IMG/VR virus record: IMGVR_UViG_3300026549_000040
Location: 80,876 to 144,875 of that record
Source: a virus
Taxonomy: Duplodnaviria > Caudoviricetes
Length of the DNA stretch: 64,000 bases
Reading direction: 5' to 3' (one strand)
In this document: piece after piece, positions 63,717 to 64,000 of the stretch
Layout: the number at the start of each line of letters is the position of its first letter
Position numbering within the stretch: position 1 is the first letter of the stretch
Position numbers and translations under genes: made by a program
The notes under the pieces: generated by a model
Database searches by the model: none
What the model was told of the DNA's origin: nothing
Seen by the model: only the letters and a program-made list of their open reading frames with translations

Positions 63717-64000
63717 CAAGGGAAGAAGCGATTGCAAGAATCAAAGACCACATTGAGATACATAGATACCATGAGCGGAATGCAGTAAAGATATTCGAAG
63801 CACTTGACATGGCAATAGAAGCACTAAGGGCCGAGCCAAAGACAGGGGAGTGGATAAAAGCGACAGGCATGATGCCACCAGAATTTCATGGTCATCATTG
63901 TTGCTCAGAATGTGGCAATTTTGCAAATATGGAACCACCGTTTGGAAACCGAGAAGACTTGGGTAGGTTCTGCCCCAACTGCGGAGCAAGGATGACACCA
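63713..64000 (+). CDS. MTREEAI-family Zn-ribbon protein, 3'-truncated by window (not in ORF track)
   Basis: MTREEAI...ALDMAIEAL.AEPKTGEW...CSECG...FCPNCGARM. Confidence 0.75.
   Translation, partial: MTREEAIARIKDHIEIHRYHERNAVKIFEALDMAIEALRAEPKTGEWIKATGMMPPEFHGHHCCSECGNFANMEPPFGNREDLGRFCPNCGARMTP

Noticed and set aside
60998-63998. Minus-strand and overlapping ORFs in the cassette region
   Set aside because: Explained by higher GC; the + strand genes have SD sites, coupled starts and family motifs.
1-64000. Stop-codon reassignment
   Set aside because: Coding density is high in code 11, and TAA, TAG and TGA all end genes at sensible boundaries.
1-64000. tRNA or rRNA genes
   Set aside because: Intergenic gaps are short and AT-rich, and I saw no cloverleaf or T-loop signature; tRNAscan-SE would confirm.

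Overview
A 64-kb slice of a large, AT-rich, contractile-tailed (myovirus-like) phage genome. All credible genes are on the + strand in the standard code. SigmaA-type promoters, strong SD sites and Gram-positive wall hydrolases suggest a Firmicutes host (inference). Layout: (1) 1-6.1 kb, early/metabolic genes (HTH with a palindromic operator, ThyX-like protein, RNA ligase). (2) 6.2-21.9 kb, a late operon behind a phage-specific motif (TGCTAAATTAT). It encodes a MoxR-type AAA+ ATPase, a DUF2201-type metallopeptidase/linker/vWA protein split into three genes whose adjoining ends carry matching motifs, an LRR protein, several proteins punctuated by (L/I)xE motifs like T4 prohead-protease sites, then neck, sheath and tube. 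(3) 22-57 kb, tail and baseplate: chaperone with a probable +1 frameshift, tape measure, three paralogous hub proteins each with different wall-hydrolase or binding domains, a spike-fibre fusion, a 25-repeat LRR fibre and wedge proteins. (4) 57-64 kb, an SNF2 helicase and a higher-GC array of short genes built from shared DNA blocks and bounded by RBS-ATG direct repeats, including an inserted DNA methyltransferase. No capsid, portal, terminase, tRNA, CRISPR or reverse transcriptase was recognised in the window. Best novelty candidates: the split, apparently docking-linked AAA+/peptidase/vWA system that may be packaged in the virion; the triplicated hub; and the cassette array. All family calls come from motif recognition by eye, not database searches.
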